A stretch of 64,000 nt of DNA from Scyliorhinus canicula (Eukaryota). Shown piece after piece: positions 39,378-52,129 of this stretch (positions are counted from its first letter, which is position 1; every line of letters begins with the position of its first letter). Location: NCBI RefSeq assembly GCF_902713615.1, contig NW_024055447.1:861072-925071 (forward strand). Direction: 5' to 3'. Under the pieces are notes generated by a model. The model was not told the DNA's origin. It made no database searches and saw nothing but the letters and a program-made list of their open reading frames with translations. The translations under genes and the position numbers were made by a program.

Positions 39378-42159
39378 GAATTAAACCAGACCGAGGATTA
39401 TGTGCAGCTACCCAGCAGCCTCTGCGTTGTATTGGTCAGTAATCTCCTCATCGTCACACAGAATCTCCAGACTGGAGTGTGAGATGATTTTTAAAGTGTC
39501 AGTAGAAATGAAAATGTCTGTACCTAATGTGACGCTGATGAACCTTTGAATCCCAGTATGTTATTACAATGATTTGGAAACTAATTCAACGTCTGCAGCT
39601 GTCCACTGAGTTTCACAGTATTTCAGTTTTCACATTAATGTGTTTCCAGTCTGGTGTCTTCATTAATTTGGGTGAGGACATCTTGAGTGACCTAATGTAC
39701 ATGAAATTACCACATGTTCCAAATATTACAACCGTCCCCCCTCAACGTCATCATGTTCCTGCTTTCTGTCTTTGAGATGAAGATTCGCCATCAGCAGAGA
39801 AGAATCACCAGAACCGCAGGATATCTCAAGTTTCCTCTTAGTGACGTCCATCTCATCAGTTCCCGATAGTCTGGGGATGGAATTTACCCAGAAAAGCTTG
39901 AGCCACCGAATGCATTATACTGACACAAATTATAAAGGGCCTGGTTTAAATTGGGAAGTCATCAAGCACAAAACTGAGAATGTAGAACAGCATATTTCAG
40001 GACCATCTATCCATGCATCCATCAAACCCATTCACCGATTCCACAATCAAAATATTCAGGCATCTAACAAACATCCATCCCTACATCAAAGCAGTAATCC
40101 CTTTATCTTTTGGGTCGGTAGTGGGGGAGTATTAATGACATTGAACCAATAATCCAAAGGCCCGGGCTAATTCTGTGGGGGCTTGGGTACAAATCCCACC
40201 ATGGCCGGTGGGGGAATTTGAGTTCAGTTAATAAATCCGGAATACATACTAATGGTCACCATGAAACCCCCTCTGCTTCACTAATGAAGGAAATCTGACA
40301 TCCCTCCCTGGTCTCACATATATGTGGCTCCAGTCGGCAGCAACATGTCTGACTCTTCAGTTCCTTCTGAGCTGGCCCAGCAAACCACTCAGTTCAACAG
40401 CAACTAGGGGCAGGGAACACATGGTGGCCTTGACAATGACTCCCACATTCCATGGAAGAATAAAGGGAAAAACACGTAAATGTACATGTTTATATATTAC
40501 AAAATGTTGCCCCTGTCTGATAGTCTGTTTGTATTCCTATCCATCATCACAATGTTATGAGATGTGGGAGAGATACTCCAGCCGGCAATTGCTACGATTG
40601 GTCAGAGAAGCTGGATAACTCTCCTTTCCTTAGGGATGGGTACAGTTCAAATAGGTTCACAATTTAAAACATAAAAAGATCTCCAGTACTGTTGCTGGGT
40701 AGATTTGTTTATAAATAGCCCTCATTGACAATGTTAAGAGTTTGAAGTTGGATTGCAGCCAAGCGGTCAGTACTGAGCAAACAGATCTTTGAAAAAAAAG
40801 TACAGATGTTTCCTGTAAACAACATTGAACATTCGAGCCTCCCTGACTGCAGGCGGCTGGATTGCTGCCAAATACTGTGTGGGGCAGATTAGCCTGAATA
40901 TGAATGGATTAAATGGGATTTATCCATTCAAACAATAAATGTTTTAGTCGCACATGAAGTAAACTTTTAAATGGTGATCCATGCAAAGAAATATATTCAC
41001 TGAATGCTTTGTTCACTATGAGATTAAACATGATCGGAAAATAGCAACCTGACCAGATGCTATTTAATTTATATTAGTTCTGAGTAAAGATCCTCTAGTT
41101 ATTAAAGTCCGTTTGTTGAGAACCGAATGAAGTGAGAGAGTGATTGGTGTTGATGGACACAATCTACAAGTTCAATAAGATGACTCCAATTCCAAAAAAT
41201 AAAATAAAATGAAATAAAAGTAAATAAACTGCATTGAACTCGGGGGGATTCCTGGGATATTCTCCGAGTTGTTGATCTCCGTTAAACGGAGGCGTCTCTT
41301 ATACCCGATTAACACCGTGTTCTGTACAGTTTAATTTGTGCTGATTTCCATTATTTAACAGTCCCTCTCATTGCTGCCAATAAGTGGAGAAATGACCAGT
41401 TCATGACCTGCTTCAATGGAAGATAAAACATTTATTCCTGTGATATTGTGTAATATGCTGCAAAGTCCTGATATCCTGTGTTCCCAACACCAGTGAATGT
41501 TAGACAGCTGGTGGTCAGTAAAATTAGCGGCAATGATTTGGATGCTGAAGGATAACTTTGCTGATCGCCGCGTCCGTTCTGATTCATTAACTTCTTGTCA
41601 AAAGCTGGTGTGAATTTTATGTTTCGCTGTCAACTCACTGCTGAATTATCTGGCAAGCGGCTTCTTTTACCGCTAATGTTCACAGGACTGTCTGAGGCTC
41701 AGGGGCAAATCGAGAAATGTAAAGAGAGACATTGCATAATGTGAGGAGTTTCTTCTTGTCTGCAGACCCACATTGTACAGTGATGGCCATCCGCACTGCA
41801 AATGTAATCACGTCATTCATTCCCTCATTTAGTTACATTATGTCTGATAAATTATACTTTATTGTTGTAATGGGATAGAGTCCCGGAGTGTTGCAAATCT
41901 GACTGCCAGACGATTTATTCCCTGATAATGTAATTTGATCTGCTTGTGTTCATCCCTTTATATTGGAGTGTAGAAATAAAGAGACTTAATATTTAATGGA
42001 ATTAGATTTTACTTAGAGATGTTCAAATATAACGTTCCTTTCGGATGAGGATAGACATTACAATGAATCAATTCAGCCAAACAATTAATACCGATCTAAT
42101 GTATTTTTTAAAAATAATATCCTATAGTAAATCTCTGTGTCCATTCTGTTGGGGGTGTG

Positions 42160-42250
42160 GAAGGTGGGACGTGGATCCAGTCGCCGCCTCCACCAGGGAA
42201 TCAACAGGCGGCGCCTGGAAAGCCGCCCCCTTCTGCCGGGTATTTAAATG
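42160..42250 (+). promoter_or_regulatory. IgVH promoter region
   Basis: TATA-like TATTTAAA at 42241-42248, ~95 bp upstream of the ATG; GC-rich, with CRE-like GGGACGTGG at 42166-42174; no octamer seen nearby. Confidence 0.55.
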
Positions 42251-42339
42251 CCGCTCACTGGGACCCGAATCCAACAGTCCGGGAGCTGGTTTGTTCACTG
42301 AGTTCCTGACACAACCATTTCCCCCAAATGGCCAGAAGG

Positions 42340-42818
42340 ATGAGGTGGGCCATTTCTCTCAGTTTGTTGCTGACTTTCTTATCCCGTGAGTAGTTTTTAT
42401 TGTCCAAGTCTCTCACTGTTACTGTCTCAGTGTTAGTCTCTCTCTGGAATGTTCCAGTGTCACCAATCATTTCACCAGCATTAATCCTCGGGCTTTTTGA
42501 TATATTTTTACAGGTGTCCAGTCGGATGTTGTGTTGACTCAGCCAGAGGCAGAGACTGGGCGTCCCGGAGGCTCCCTGACACTGACCTGTAAAACCAGCG
42601 GCTTCGATCTCGGCACCGCTTCCATGCACTGGGTCCGGCAGGTTCCCGGACAGGGGCTGGAGTGGCTGGTTTGGTACTATAGTTCATCCAGCAACAACTA
42701 CGCCCCAGCCATTAAAGATCGATTCACTGCGTCCAAAGACACTTCGAACAACATCTTCTCTTTGGCCATGAGGAGTCTGAAGACCGAAGACACCGCCATC
42801 TATTACTGTGCAAGAGAC
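42340..42818 (+). CDS. IGHV: Ig heavy-chain V segment of the IgM cluster, intact: leader 42340-42385, V exon 42514-42818
   Basis: Leader [15 protein letters not shown] with C|GTGAGT donor; V reads [52 protein letters not shown]...[33 protein letters not shown], typical shark IgM VH. Confidence 0.97.
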
Positions 42819-42857
42819 CACAGCGAGAGGAACCAGGGCTGGACCCGCACAAGAACA
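42819..42857 (+). other. 23-RSS of VH
   Basis: CACAGCG (42819-42825), 23-nt spacer, ACAAGAACA (42849-42857). Confidence 0.93.
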
Positions 42858-43227
42858 GCTCGAGAGGGAATTCAGCAACTTGCACCTTAACCTGAAGGTC
42901 AGCACTTGATTCAAATGTAATATTAATGTCAGTGATCAGAGTCATTGCACAAGCTGCTTCTTACATAACTCACACAGAGAAAATTAAACAGTAAAACTGA
43001 ACACACCAATCGATATAATAGGATGAGCTTGTGTCAGTTTATATTTATTGTTAACAGTTTCAGCTATTACAGACTTGTATATAATCATCGTTTTATTATT
43101 TCTGATACTTGGGAAAATCTATGTACATTGGATTTGATAAACTGCTGTATAAATTGTAAATTAGATCAGAAGTAAACGTGTATTTGAAGTGAATATTGAG
43201 CGGCAGGACTGAACAGAGAGTGAGTGC

Positions 43228-43305
43228 AGTATTTGTGCGGCTGTCTGTCACTGTGACTACAGTGGGTCACAGTGCTGTGCACAGCGACATCCTCATACAA
43301 AAACC
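43228..43305 (+). other. IGHD: IgH D1 segment (ACTACAGTGGGT, 43256-43267) with 5' 12-RSS and 3' 22-RSS
   Basis: AGTATTTGT-12-CACTGTG, then D, then CACAGTG-22-ACAAAAACC. Confidence 0.95.
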
Positions 43306-43617
43306 TCAGAGAAAGAGTTTGTTCAAATTGGTGATCAGGGCCACAACACGAACGTTAAAGTAAACGAGTTTTAAATAAAACAACGTTTGGAAGTAATATT
43401 AGTTTGCAAAAAGGTATAAAAATCTTCCACTTTATCACTGTTGACCGACTCGCGAAATGTGCACAGAGGTTTTAAAAGTGTTCCGATCTTCTTTATAAAT
43501 GTAATGACCAGGACAAGCTGAAATAACTCACCCATTCGCCCTTGGAAGAGACAGAGTTAGTTTTTTGGGAGAGCAGTGAAATTATATCTCTGTATTTTAT
43601 AGTTAACCGTCTGCCGC

Positions 43618-43685
43618 AGTATTTGACACGCTGTGTCTCACTGTGATACCTGGGTGGCACAGCAGTTACTGTCAATACAAAAAGC
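43618..43685 (+). other. IGHD: IgH D2 segment (ATACCTGGGTGG, 43646-43657) with 12-RSS on both sides
   Basis: AGTATTTGA-12-CACTGTG, then D, then CACAGCA-12-ACAAAAAGC. Confidence 0.95.
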
Positions 43686-44007
43686 CCCTCAGCACTAATT
43701 AACTGAGGCTGGCTCAGTGCTCGCTTTTACAATCCAACTTTATTCACAGTGAAGCATTATTTGATTGCAGCAATGAGAAAATAATAAGAATTAATGTGGA
43801 AAATTGGTGGTCGTTATTTAGTCACAATTGGTGTTTTCAATAACATTTCCATGTCTGTGAAATGTAAAACATTCGGTCATTTATGAAGAGAGAACGGTAT
43901 CCACAAATATTAATATAATTTCCCGAAAATTAATCGTGAATTTTCTTTACTGTTGGTTTGTGAATATTTAAAATAATGGTGGATTTCTGTCTATTTTATG
44001 CAGGTGC

Positions 44008-44094
44008 GGTTATTGTATGGAGCAGCTCAGGGAATGTGATACTGTGACATCATGGACTACTGGGGACAAGGCACCATGGTGACGGTGACTGCAG
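44008..44094 (+). CDS. IGHJ: IgH J segment (44047-44094) with 5' 23-RSS
   Basis: GGTTATTGT-23-TACTGTG, then IMDYWGQGTMVTVTA and a phase-1 donor G|GTAAGA. Confidence 0.97.
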
Positions 44095-44589
44095 GTAAGA
44101 ACCATTCCGTCATTTACCAACTGTTTTACTTGAGTATTTGTTTTATATTTTTCTGCATTTTCAAAATCCATTCGTTCACTGAAATGTGTTTTGGTGGATC
44201 ATGTATTGGGATGTTGTTGCAATGTTTCATTTGATTCTGCTGAAAGGGGGATATAGAATCCCGCGGTTTCTTGACAGAAAGATGCTGCTGAGGGATTCAG
44301 TCCCTGTTTGCTGTGATCTGATGTTTATTTGCTGAGGATACTGTGTGGCTGGGTTACTTTAAATACAAAACGTCTGTTTGTACGATGTTTAATCTCGGTT
44401 CTATCTAATGTCTGCAGTTTGTACCGTCCACCGCACAAGTGTATGAGATTGACCCCAACATTGATAAAATGTGTTAAAGTTTCTGTATTATCTTATTGAA
44501 CATGTTCTGCTTACTGAAAGTGCTGATGATATCATTCAAGTTTTCTGTTTAGTTTACTGTTCATTCATTTGATGACATGAGGGTTTGGT

Positions 44590-45500
44590 GCATTCAAAAT
44601 TGAGATTTTCTTGCAATGTTACATTCGATTCTTTTGGAAGTGTTTTGTAGAATTGAGCTGCTTCTCTATGATGTTTCACTCCTTCAGTGATGTGATTTGG
44701 TGTTTTCCTGCTGAGGAATGTTTTTGGGTGACTTTGTGTAGGAAAGTTTGTGAAACGGTTTGGTGTGTCTGTATTGTTTCAACTCGGTGACACTGAGCGG
44801 TTACACGGTTTGTGATTGAATGCAGAGGCTGCGTGTTGGAAACTGCTTGTCGCAGGATTGTCGACAGAGAACAGGGAGGCTGTTTCTGCATCTTGAAAAA
44901 AAGTGAAAATTGCAGATTAAACTAAGCCACGTTTTACCACAAATCCTTTCCGAGCACAAGTTGTTGCTGCAATCAGTTTGCCGTTTGTGCAAATTTAAAT
45001 CTCCGTGGCATCTGATGGTTGCAGCTTTTACCATCAACTGCAAACATTAAAAGCATTAAATGTGTTTGAAAAATGACTCAGTATGAAAAAAATGGTTAAG
45101 TTTCAATATTTATTTGGTGTTAATATTCGAGCACCTCGCAATGCTATTGCTGTTATTCCACATTTCTGTTTAGTTTAATAATTCATACATTTGGTGACTA
45201 GCTGGTTTGCTGGATATTGATATTTTCTTGCAAAGTTAAGTTTGATGCTGTTCGACGTAGAATTGAGCTGCTTCTCCATAAACGGGTTTCATTGATGTGA
45301 TTTAGTGTTTTGTTCTGCTGAGGAGATTGTGTATCTGGGTGACTTTAAATGATTCAGATCTGTCAAACGGTTCAGCGTTTCTGCATTGTTTCTGCATTGT
45401 TTAAACTCGGTGACACTGAGCGGTTACACGTTTTCTGGTTGAATGCAAACAGTCTCCGCGTTTGAAAATGCTTGAAGGGCGATTGTCGGGTGAAAACAGC
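44590..45500. repeat. Diverged direct duplication (period ~610-625 bp) in the 5' JH-C intron
   Basis: agaattgagctgcttctc at 44649 and 45259; actcggtgacactgagcggttacacg at 44782 and 45405. Confidence 0.8.
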
Positions 45501-47605
45501 CAGGCTTAAGAAAATAATCGAATAAAGATATATTGATGCATTTTGTAATTTTAACTGATGCTTCCAGATTAAACGAAATAGTGACTGAAACGCCCATGCA
45601 GAACATAGTAACATTTATATAATTCAAACAATTCCAATGCGGTGATACAACTCCATATTAACCAAAGGTTATTATATATTAATATAATTCATCATTAATC
45701 ACCTTTCACAATCCTGCTGTGTTCCGCACGAGGTTAACTTGACCGGACAGGTTTCTAGGCTGGAAATACTTTGTAATTCCAGTTATTCTATTATTTCTGT
45801 GGCGCTGCAACCATATTATACCTTCACTGTAATGCGTAGTTGGGTAGCGAGGTAATTATCATTAATCTAATGTTAAATAGGTTTCTGAGATGTGGAAGTC
45901 GCTGCCAATCAAGGAATTGTTCCCATGATTTTATTTGTATTGTAGGAAAGTTCAGATTGCCTATGGCAAGAGATTGAAAAGTAAAAGCTTGAATGTCAAA
46001 CCGGTTTATTTATTTACAAAAGGTTAAAAGTAGCTTTGCATTTGATAATGACATCCTGTCTCCCATAGCTGTGCTCTACACACGATAGAATTATAGGAAG
46101 AACAGATGATTGGAAAGGAAGAATGATTATATCTTAGCTTTAGGCATACATTTTATTAAATGCTAAATTCAACAACAAATTGTCGACTCCACTTGGTCAT
46201 AATGGGTGAGTTTTGCAAATGATTTGAATAAACATTACTGAGCTGGTCTCGAAATATTCATTACTTTCTGAGAATAGATGGAGTTTATGATTTATCAATA
46301 TTTTCAGAAAGGCGCATATTTTACACATTTGTAGGTCGAATAGAGCAATTGGAGTTTAAAGAAATGTGAATATAGTCAATTAAATGTTAAGATGTTTCCA
46401 TCGAGTAATTTGGAGTTTACTGTTCAACATTGTTTGATTGTCAGGTTGTTTTAATTAAACCCCAATTATTTCATAACGCTCTGGGTAAAAACAATTTGGG
46501 GATTATTGAAAGCTATTTTTATTATATTTATTATTATAGTACAGATAATCGAATAAAGAATTAGCTGACAATTAACAATAACTTACAGTACAATATCAGT
46601 GAGAATTAATTCAACATAAATGATCTCCTACAATTGAGTTGTATCCTGGCGTGCAATATCTCAAATGTTTTAGAGAATTTTAATAATACCTGAAATTAAT
46701 TGAGGAAACCATACATTTCATTATACTGCTGTGTGCAGCTCAATTATTTTACTGATTACATTCTTTTGCCCTGATTATTTTTCTGATTACATTTAATTGT
46801 GTTTTTAGATCATATCAGTGGGTAATGTGAATATTTCCTGGTTTGTTTAATTATTACCTTGTCACTGAGTCTCTGTTCCGTCATTAATCTAGCCTGAATC
46901 TGTAATATTTAATCTGCTAATTTTCAGCAAAACTACTTTTTGCCCAATTGTCGAGTTTTGAGATAGACAGAGAGAAATAGTTAAAAACCGAATGCAGTTT
47001 TGAAATTAATGTCAGTTTAATTTCAAATAAATTACTAAATTATTGTTGTCGGAAGTTGACCATTGATAAATTAGAATCAAACAGTTTCATGAAATTGACA
47101 GATTGAACAGATCTATCTGCTGGAACTCGATTGTTGTCATTTGTGTCTGTTCAGTTTCTGTGCGTGCGGTCACTGTGCTGGGACCAGGAATCTTCCTGAC
47201 TGGTTGTAAATCTTCTGCTTCATTTTCCAATATTTCAGGGAGTACAATTTGATCAATCTCTTCAATAAAACTTGTATATGTGTGGAATGTGGAAATTATA
47301 CTTGATGTTTGACTAGGTGACTCAGAAAGGGGATTCCAAGCCCAGATTGTGACAGTCAGAAAGAATTCAGCAACGCCAGACAGGCTGGAGAAGGAGATTT
47401 GGGTGATTTTTAAGCAGTGATATATCGGTCTTGGGAATTTTCGATTCGGCAATGCAGAGAGCGATTTATTGGGTTACATTCCGTGCTATGGCAGTCCTTG
47501 ATTTATTTAATGCATCAGTGCAGCGGAGAAATCCCTTTGCATTTGATTTTTAATCCTATCCTAGGATTCTGGAGGCGCTGGCAAGGCTAGATTTTAATAT
47601 ATCCC

Positions 47606-47791
47606 TGGGGCTGGTTTAGCTCACTCGGCTAAATCGCTGGCTTTTTACAGCAGACTAAGCAGGCCAGCAGCACGATTCGATTCCCGTACCAGCCTCCCCG
47701 GACAGGCGCCGGAATGTGGCGACTATGGGCTTTTCACAGTAACTTCATTGAAGCCTACTCGTGACAATAAGCGATTTTCATTTCATTTCAT
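47606..47791 (+). mobile_element. SINE (ggggctggtttagctcac... family) with (TTTCA)n tail
   Basis: tRNA-like head and ...gtgacaataagcgattttcatttcatttca tail. Confidence 0.85.
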
Positions 47792-47989
47792 TAAGGGTCC
47801 TTGGGAAAGTTTTGATGTGAAGCATCCTTGAATAGCTGCAGTCCATGTGGCGGAGGTATATCTGCAATATTGCTAGGGAGAGAGGTCCAGAATTTTGACT
47901 CGGCGACAGTGAAGGATTGGCAGTATATTTCCAAATCAGGACGGTGAGTGTCTTGGAAGGGAACTTGCAGGTGTTGGTGCACCCATACA

Positions 47990-50100
47990 TCGATACAAAC
48001 ACATACACACTCTCACTCTCTCACTCGCTATTTATCTTACATCCTCACACAAACGAATTCTCTCACGCGCATAATCACAATACGGCAGCACGGTAGCATT
48101 GTGGATAGCACAACCGCTTCACAGCTCCAGGGTCCCAGGTTCGATTCCCGGCTGGGTCACTGTCTGTGTGGAGTCTGCACATCCTCCCCGTGTGTGCGTG
48201 GGTTTCCTCCGGGTACTCCGGTTTCCTCCCACAGTCCAAAGATGTGCAGGTTAGGTGGATTGGCCATGCAAAATTGCCCTGAGTGTCCAAAATTGCCCTT
48301 AGTGTTGGGTGGGGTTACTGGGTTATGGGGATAGGGTGGAGGTGTTGACGTTGGGTAGGATGCTCTTTCCAAGAGCCGGTGCAGACTCGATGGGCCGAAT
48401 GGCCTCCTTCTGCATTGTAAATTCTATATAAAAAATATACACACTGTGCCTCACACACAATCACACACTCACAATCTCACTCTCAGACACACTGTGATGA
48501 TCTCTCACTCACGCGCTCTCACTCACACACGATCTATCTCACACGTATTCTCTTTCACCAAATCTCTGACACACTTTGCCTCACTCTCACACCCACTCTC
48601 AAACACACAGACCGTCTCTCTCCCTCACAAACAAGCATAATCGCTCTTCAAACGTAGCATTTTTTTCTTTCAGGCTCTCTCTCACACATATTCCCTCTTA
48701 TATACATATACAATATCTCAGACGCACACAAACTCACCAACACATTATTACTCTCTCACTCTCTCGCTTACACGCTCTCTCAAACGTGCACCCTGGCACA
48801 TGCCCTCTCTCTCTCTCTCTCATGGACACTGTCTCATTCTCTCTCTCTGTTGACAAACAAACTATTTCTCTCTTTCAGGCATGCAGTATCTCACACTCTC
48901 ACACATTCTCTCTCTCTCTGACACACACACTCTCTCATCCGCACATTCTTTCTCTCACACACTCCCTCTCTATGGCAGACACACTATCTCAGACACACAG
49001 ATCTCTCTCTCCCACACACAGTCTCACATCCATAATCGCTCTTCAAACAGAATCATTCCTTATTTCACACACATAATCTCAAACATACTACTGTATCTCT
49101 CTCCCTTTCTCTCACACACACTTCCACAGACACAAACACGCACCCTGTCACACACATACATTCTCTCACCTGCTCGCTCTCATGCACATTGTGTCACGTG
49201 CCTCTCTCAAACAATCTCTCTCTTTCGCACATGCACACTCTCATACACAAACACATACATACTCACACAAGCACTTATTTCTCTCTCTGACACACACTGG
49301 TACATACATACCTCGTGAACACACTTTCTTTCACTCAAACACAGACATGTTGAGGGCATTTAAAAGTTTATTGGATAAGCATATGGATGATAATGGCATA
49401 GTGTAGGTTAGATGGCCTTTAGTTTTTGACTTCCCATGTCGGTGCAACATCGTGGGCCGAAGGGCCTGTACTGCGCTGTATCGTTCTATGTTCTATGTTC
49501 TATGTTCTTTGGCATACTCTATCACATGTTCTCAGAAACACACAAACGTGCCCACACATTCTGTCTCTCTCTGACACACGTGGTCTCTCTCTCACTGTCT
49601 GAGGTACACACCCACGTGCTCTCTAATCTCACACACACTCACATACACACACAATCTCGAACTCACGCACACAATCTTCCCATTACACACTCTCACACAC
49701 ATTGCCTCTCTCACTCACACACAAAATCTCTCTCACACACATCCCCTCACACACACTCACACAGAAACTCTCCCTTGCAAATTATTTTATTCTCCCTCTA
49801 ACACCTATCTCACATACATACACGTACTCTGTCTCTCTCACACACACAGGAACACACACATAGGGGCACACAGGAACACACACATATGTTCACACACACA
49901 TACTCAGGAGCACACACACACTCATCACACACACAGCAGCACACAAACAGGAACAGATACACACACTCACAGACACACAGTAACACGCACAAGGGGATAC
50001 AGAGGGACACACACACACACACAGGGACAGACACACGCTCACACACACACACATGAACACCTAGGAACACGCACACAGGGATACACACACACAAGAACGC
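47990..50100. repeat. CA/CT-rich degenerate microsatellite region, interrupted by a SINE (48084-48428) and a CR1 3' end (~49330-49505)
   Basis: Dense acacac/tctctc tracts. Confidence 0.85.
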
Positions 50101-50239
50101 ACAGACAGCTGAGTGTGACTGTTCGTGACATCAAGGCAACATTTGAACCAGTGTTGCATCAAGGACCCCGAGCAAAACTGAAGTTTATGGGAATCGGGGG
50201 GAAATTCCCCGCTGGTTTGAGTCATACCGAGTGGAAAGA

Positions 50240-51310
50240 AAGATGGTTTCGATTGTTGGAGATCAATCATCTCAGTTCCAGGACATCACTGCAGGGGTTC
50301 CTCAGTGTCGGCCCCACCATATTTAGCTGCTTCATCAATGACCTTCCAAAAGTCAGAAATGGGGATTTTGGCTGATCATTGAACGATGTTCAGCACCATT
50401 CACGACTCCGCAGTTACTGAAGCAGTCCATTGCTAAATGCAGCAAGATCTGGACTATATCCAGGCTTGGGCTGACAAGGGGAAAGTAACATTCGCACCAG
50501 ACAAGTGCACGCAATGGACATCTCAAACAAGCGAAGATCGAACGATCACCCCAATGCCATTCAATGGAATTACCATCGCTGAATGTCCTGCTGACCATTG
50601 ACCAGAAACTGAACTGGACTCGCCATATACACTGTGTGGCTGTGACAACAGGTCAGAGACTCGGAATTCTGCAACAAAAACACTTCCTGATGCCCCAAAT
50701 CCTGTCCACCATCTGCAACACCAGGTTAAAGTCCAACAGGTTTGTTTGGAATCCCTAGCTTTCAGAGCGCAGCTCCTTCATCAGGTGAGTCACCTGAGTA
50801 AGAATTCTTACTGTGCTCAACATAGTCCAACGCCGGCATCTCCATATCACCATCTGCAAGGCACGGTTCAGGAGTGTGATGGAATGCTCTCCACTTGTCT
50901 GGATGAATGCAGCTCCAATGACACAAAAGTAGCCCGCTTAATTGGCACACCATCGACAACCACTCCCTCCCTCCACCACTGAGGGACACTGGCAGCAGTG
51001 TGTAACACCTACAACATGCTCTGAAGGAGCTGGTCATGGCTGCTTGGACAGCACCTTCAAATCTCACAACAGCTACCATGTGGACAAGGACAGCAGACAC
51101 ATGGGAACATCACCAACTGGAATTTCTCCATCCAGCCTCTCACCATCGTGACCTCAAGATATCACGTTGTTCCTTCACTATCCATGATTCAAAATTCTGG
51201 AGCTGCCTCCCAAACACCACATGGACTGCAGTGGTTGAAGAATGAAGCTCACCACCATCTTCTCTAGGGCAATGAGAGGTGGGAAATAAATGTTGGCTCA
51301 GCCAGAGACG
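50240..51310 (+). mobile_element. Degenerate old LINE fragment with a nested partial palindromic element (~50720-50845)
   Basis: cagcaagatctggactatatccaggcttgggctgacaag is shared with the other LINE fragments; caacaccaggttaaagtccaacaggtttg is shared with the 39.2 kb element. Confidence 0.65.
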
Positions 51311-51437
51311 TCTGCATCACAAGAATGAAGAAAACACACTCTCTGACACAATATGACAATTTTACGGCCTGAAATTGCCATTTTCAACATTAAAATCCAG
51401 TTCCGAATTGTTTTGTACAGAATGAAATCACACCGAC

Positions 51438-51957
51438 ATTAAAGCAGCTGCCCAGTGATCTACACTGCTGTCTGACTGTACACAGCCGGTGTTACTGACA
51501 GTATTAAAGCAGCTGCCCAGTGATCTACACTGCTGTCTGACTGTACACAGCCGGTGTTACTGACAGTATTAAAGCAGCTGCCCAGTGATCTACACTGCTG
51601 TCTGACTGTACACAGCCGGTGTTACTGACAGTATTAAAGCAGCTGCCCAGTGATCTACACTGCTGTCTGACTGTACACAGCCGGTGTTACTGAAAGTATT
51701 AAAGCAGCTGCCCAGTGATCTACACTGCTGTCTGACTGTACACAGCCGGTGTTACTGAAAGTAGTAAAGCAGCTGCCCAGTGATCTACACTGCTGTCTGA
51801 CTGTACACAGCCGGTGTTACTGAAAGTATTAAAGCAGCTGCCCAGTGATCTACACTGCTGTCTGACTGTACACAGCCGGTGTTACTGACAGTATTAAAGC
51901 AGCTGCCCAGTGATCTACACTGCTGTCTGACTGCACACAGCCGGTGTTACTGAAAGC
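51438..51957. repeat. 65-bp minisatellite, 8 near-identical copies
   Basis: Unit attaaagcagctgcccagtgatctacactgctgtctgactgtacacagccggtgttactga(c/a)agt; aaagcagctg recurs at 51441, 51506, 51571 and on to 51896. Confidence 0.97.
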
Positions 51958-52129
51958 TGATCAATGTGTAGAATCAGGACAGGATCGTTGGAGAGGAAGA
52001 GGAGGAGGTGGGGGTGGTGCAGCCGAATGGAGGAGCCCCCAGCTCGGCTGTGGACAACAGACAAGAGAAAGCTGAGCCTGAGCGGAATGCCATCCAGAGA
52101 AACATCGCCCGGCTTGGCCCGGAGTACCT

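Noticed and set aside
45990-47545. Octamer-like CTTTGCAT/TTGCAAAT sites as an intronic enhancer
   Set aside because: All are one-mismatch hits in AT-rich DNA and are expected by chance.
48446-50094. His/Thr-rich and Cys/Val-rich ORFs
   Set aside because: CA/TG microsatellite translations.
51438-51957. CRISPR-like regular repeat
   Set aside because: Contiguous tandem units with no unique spacers, in vertebrate DNA.
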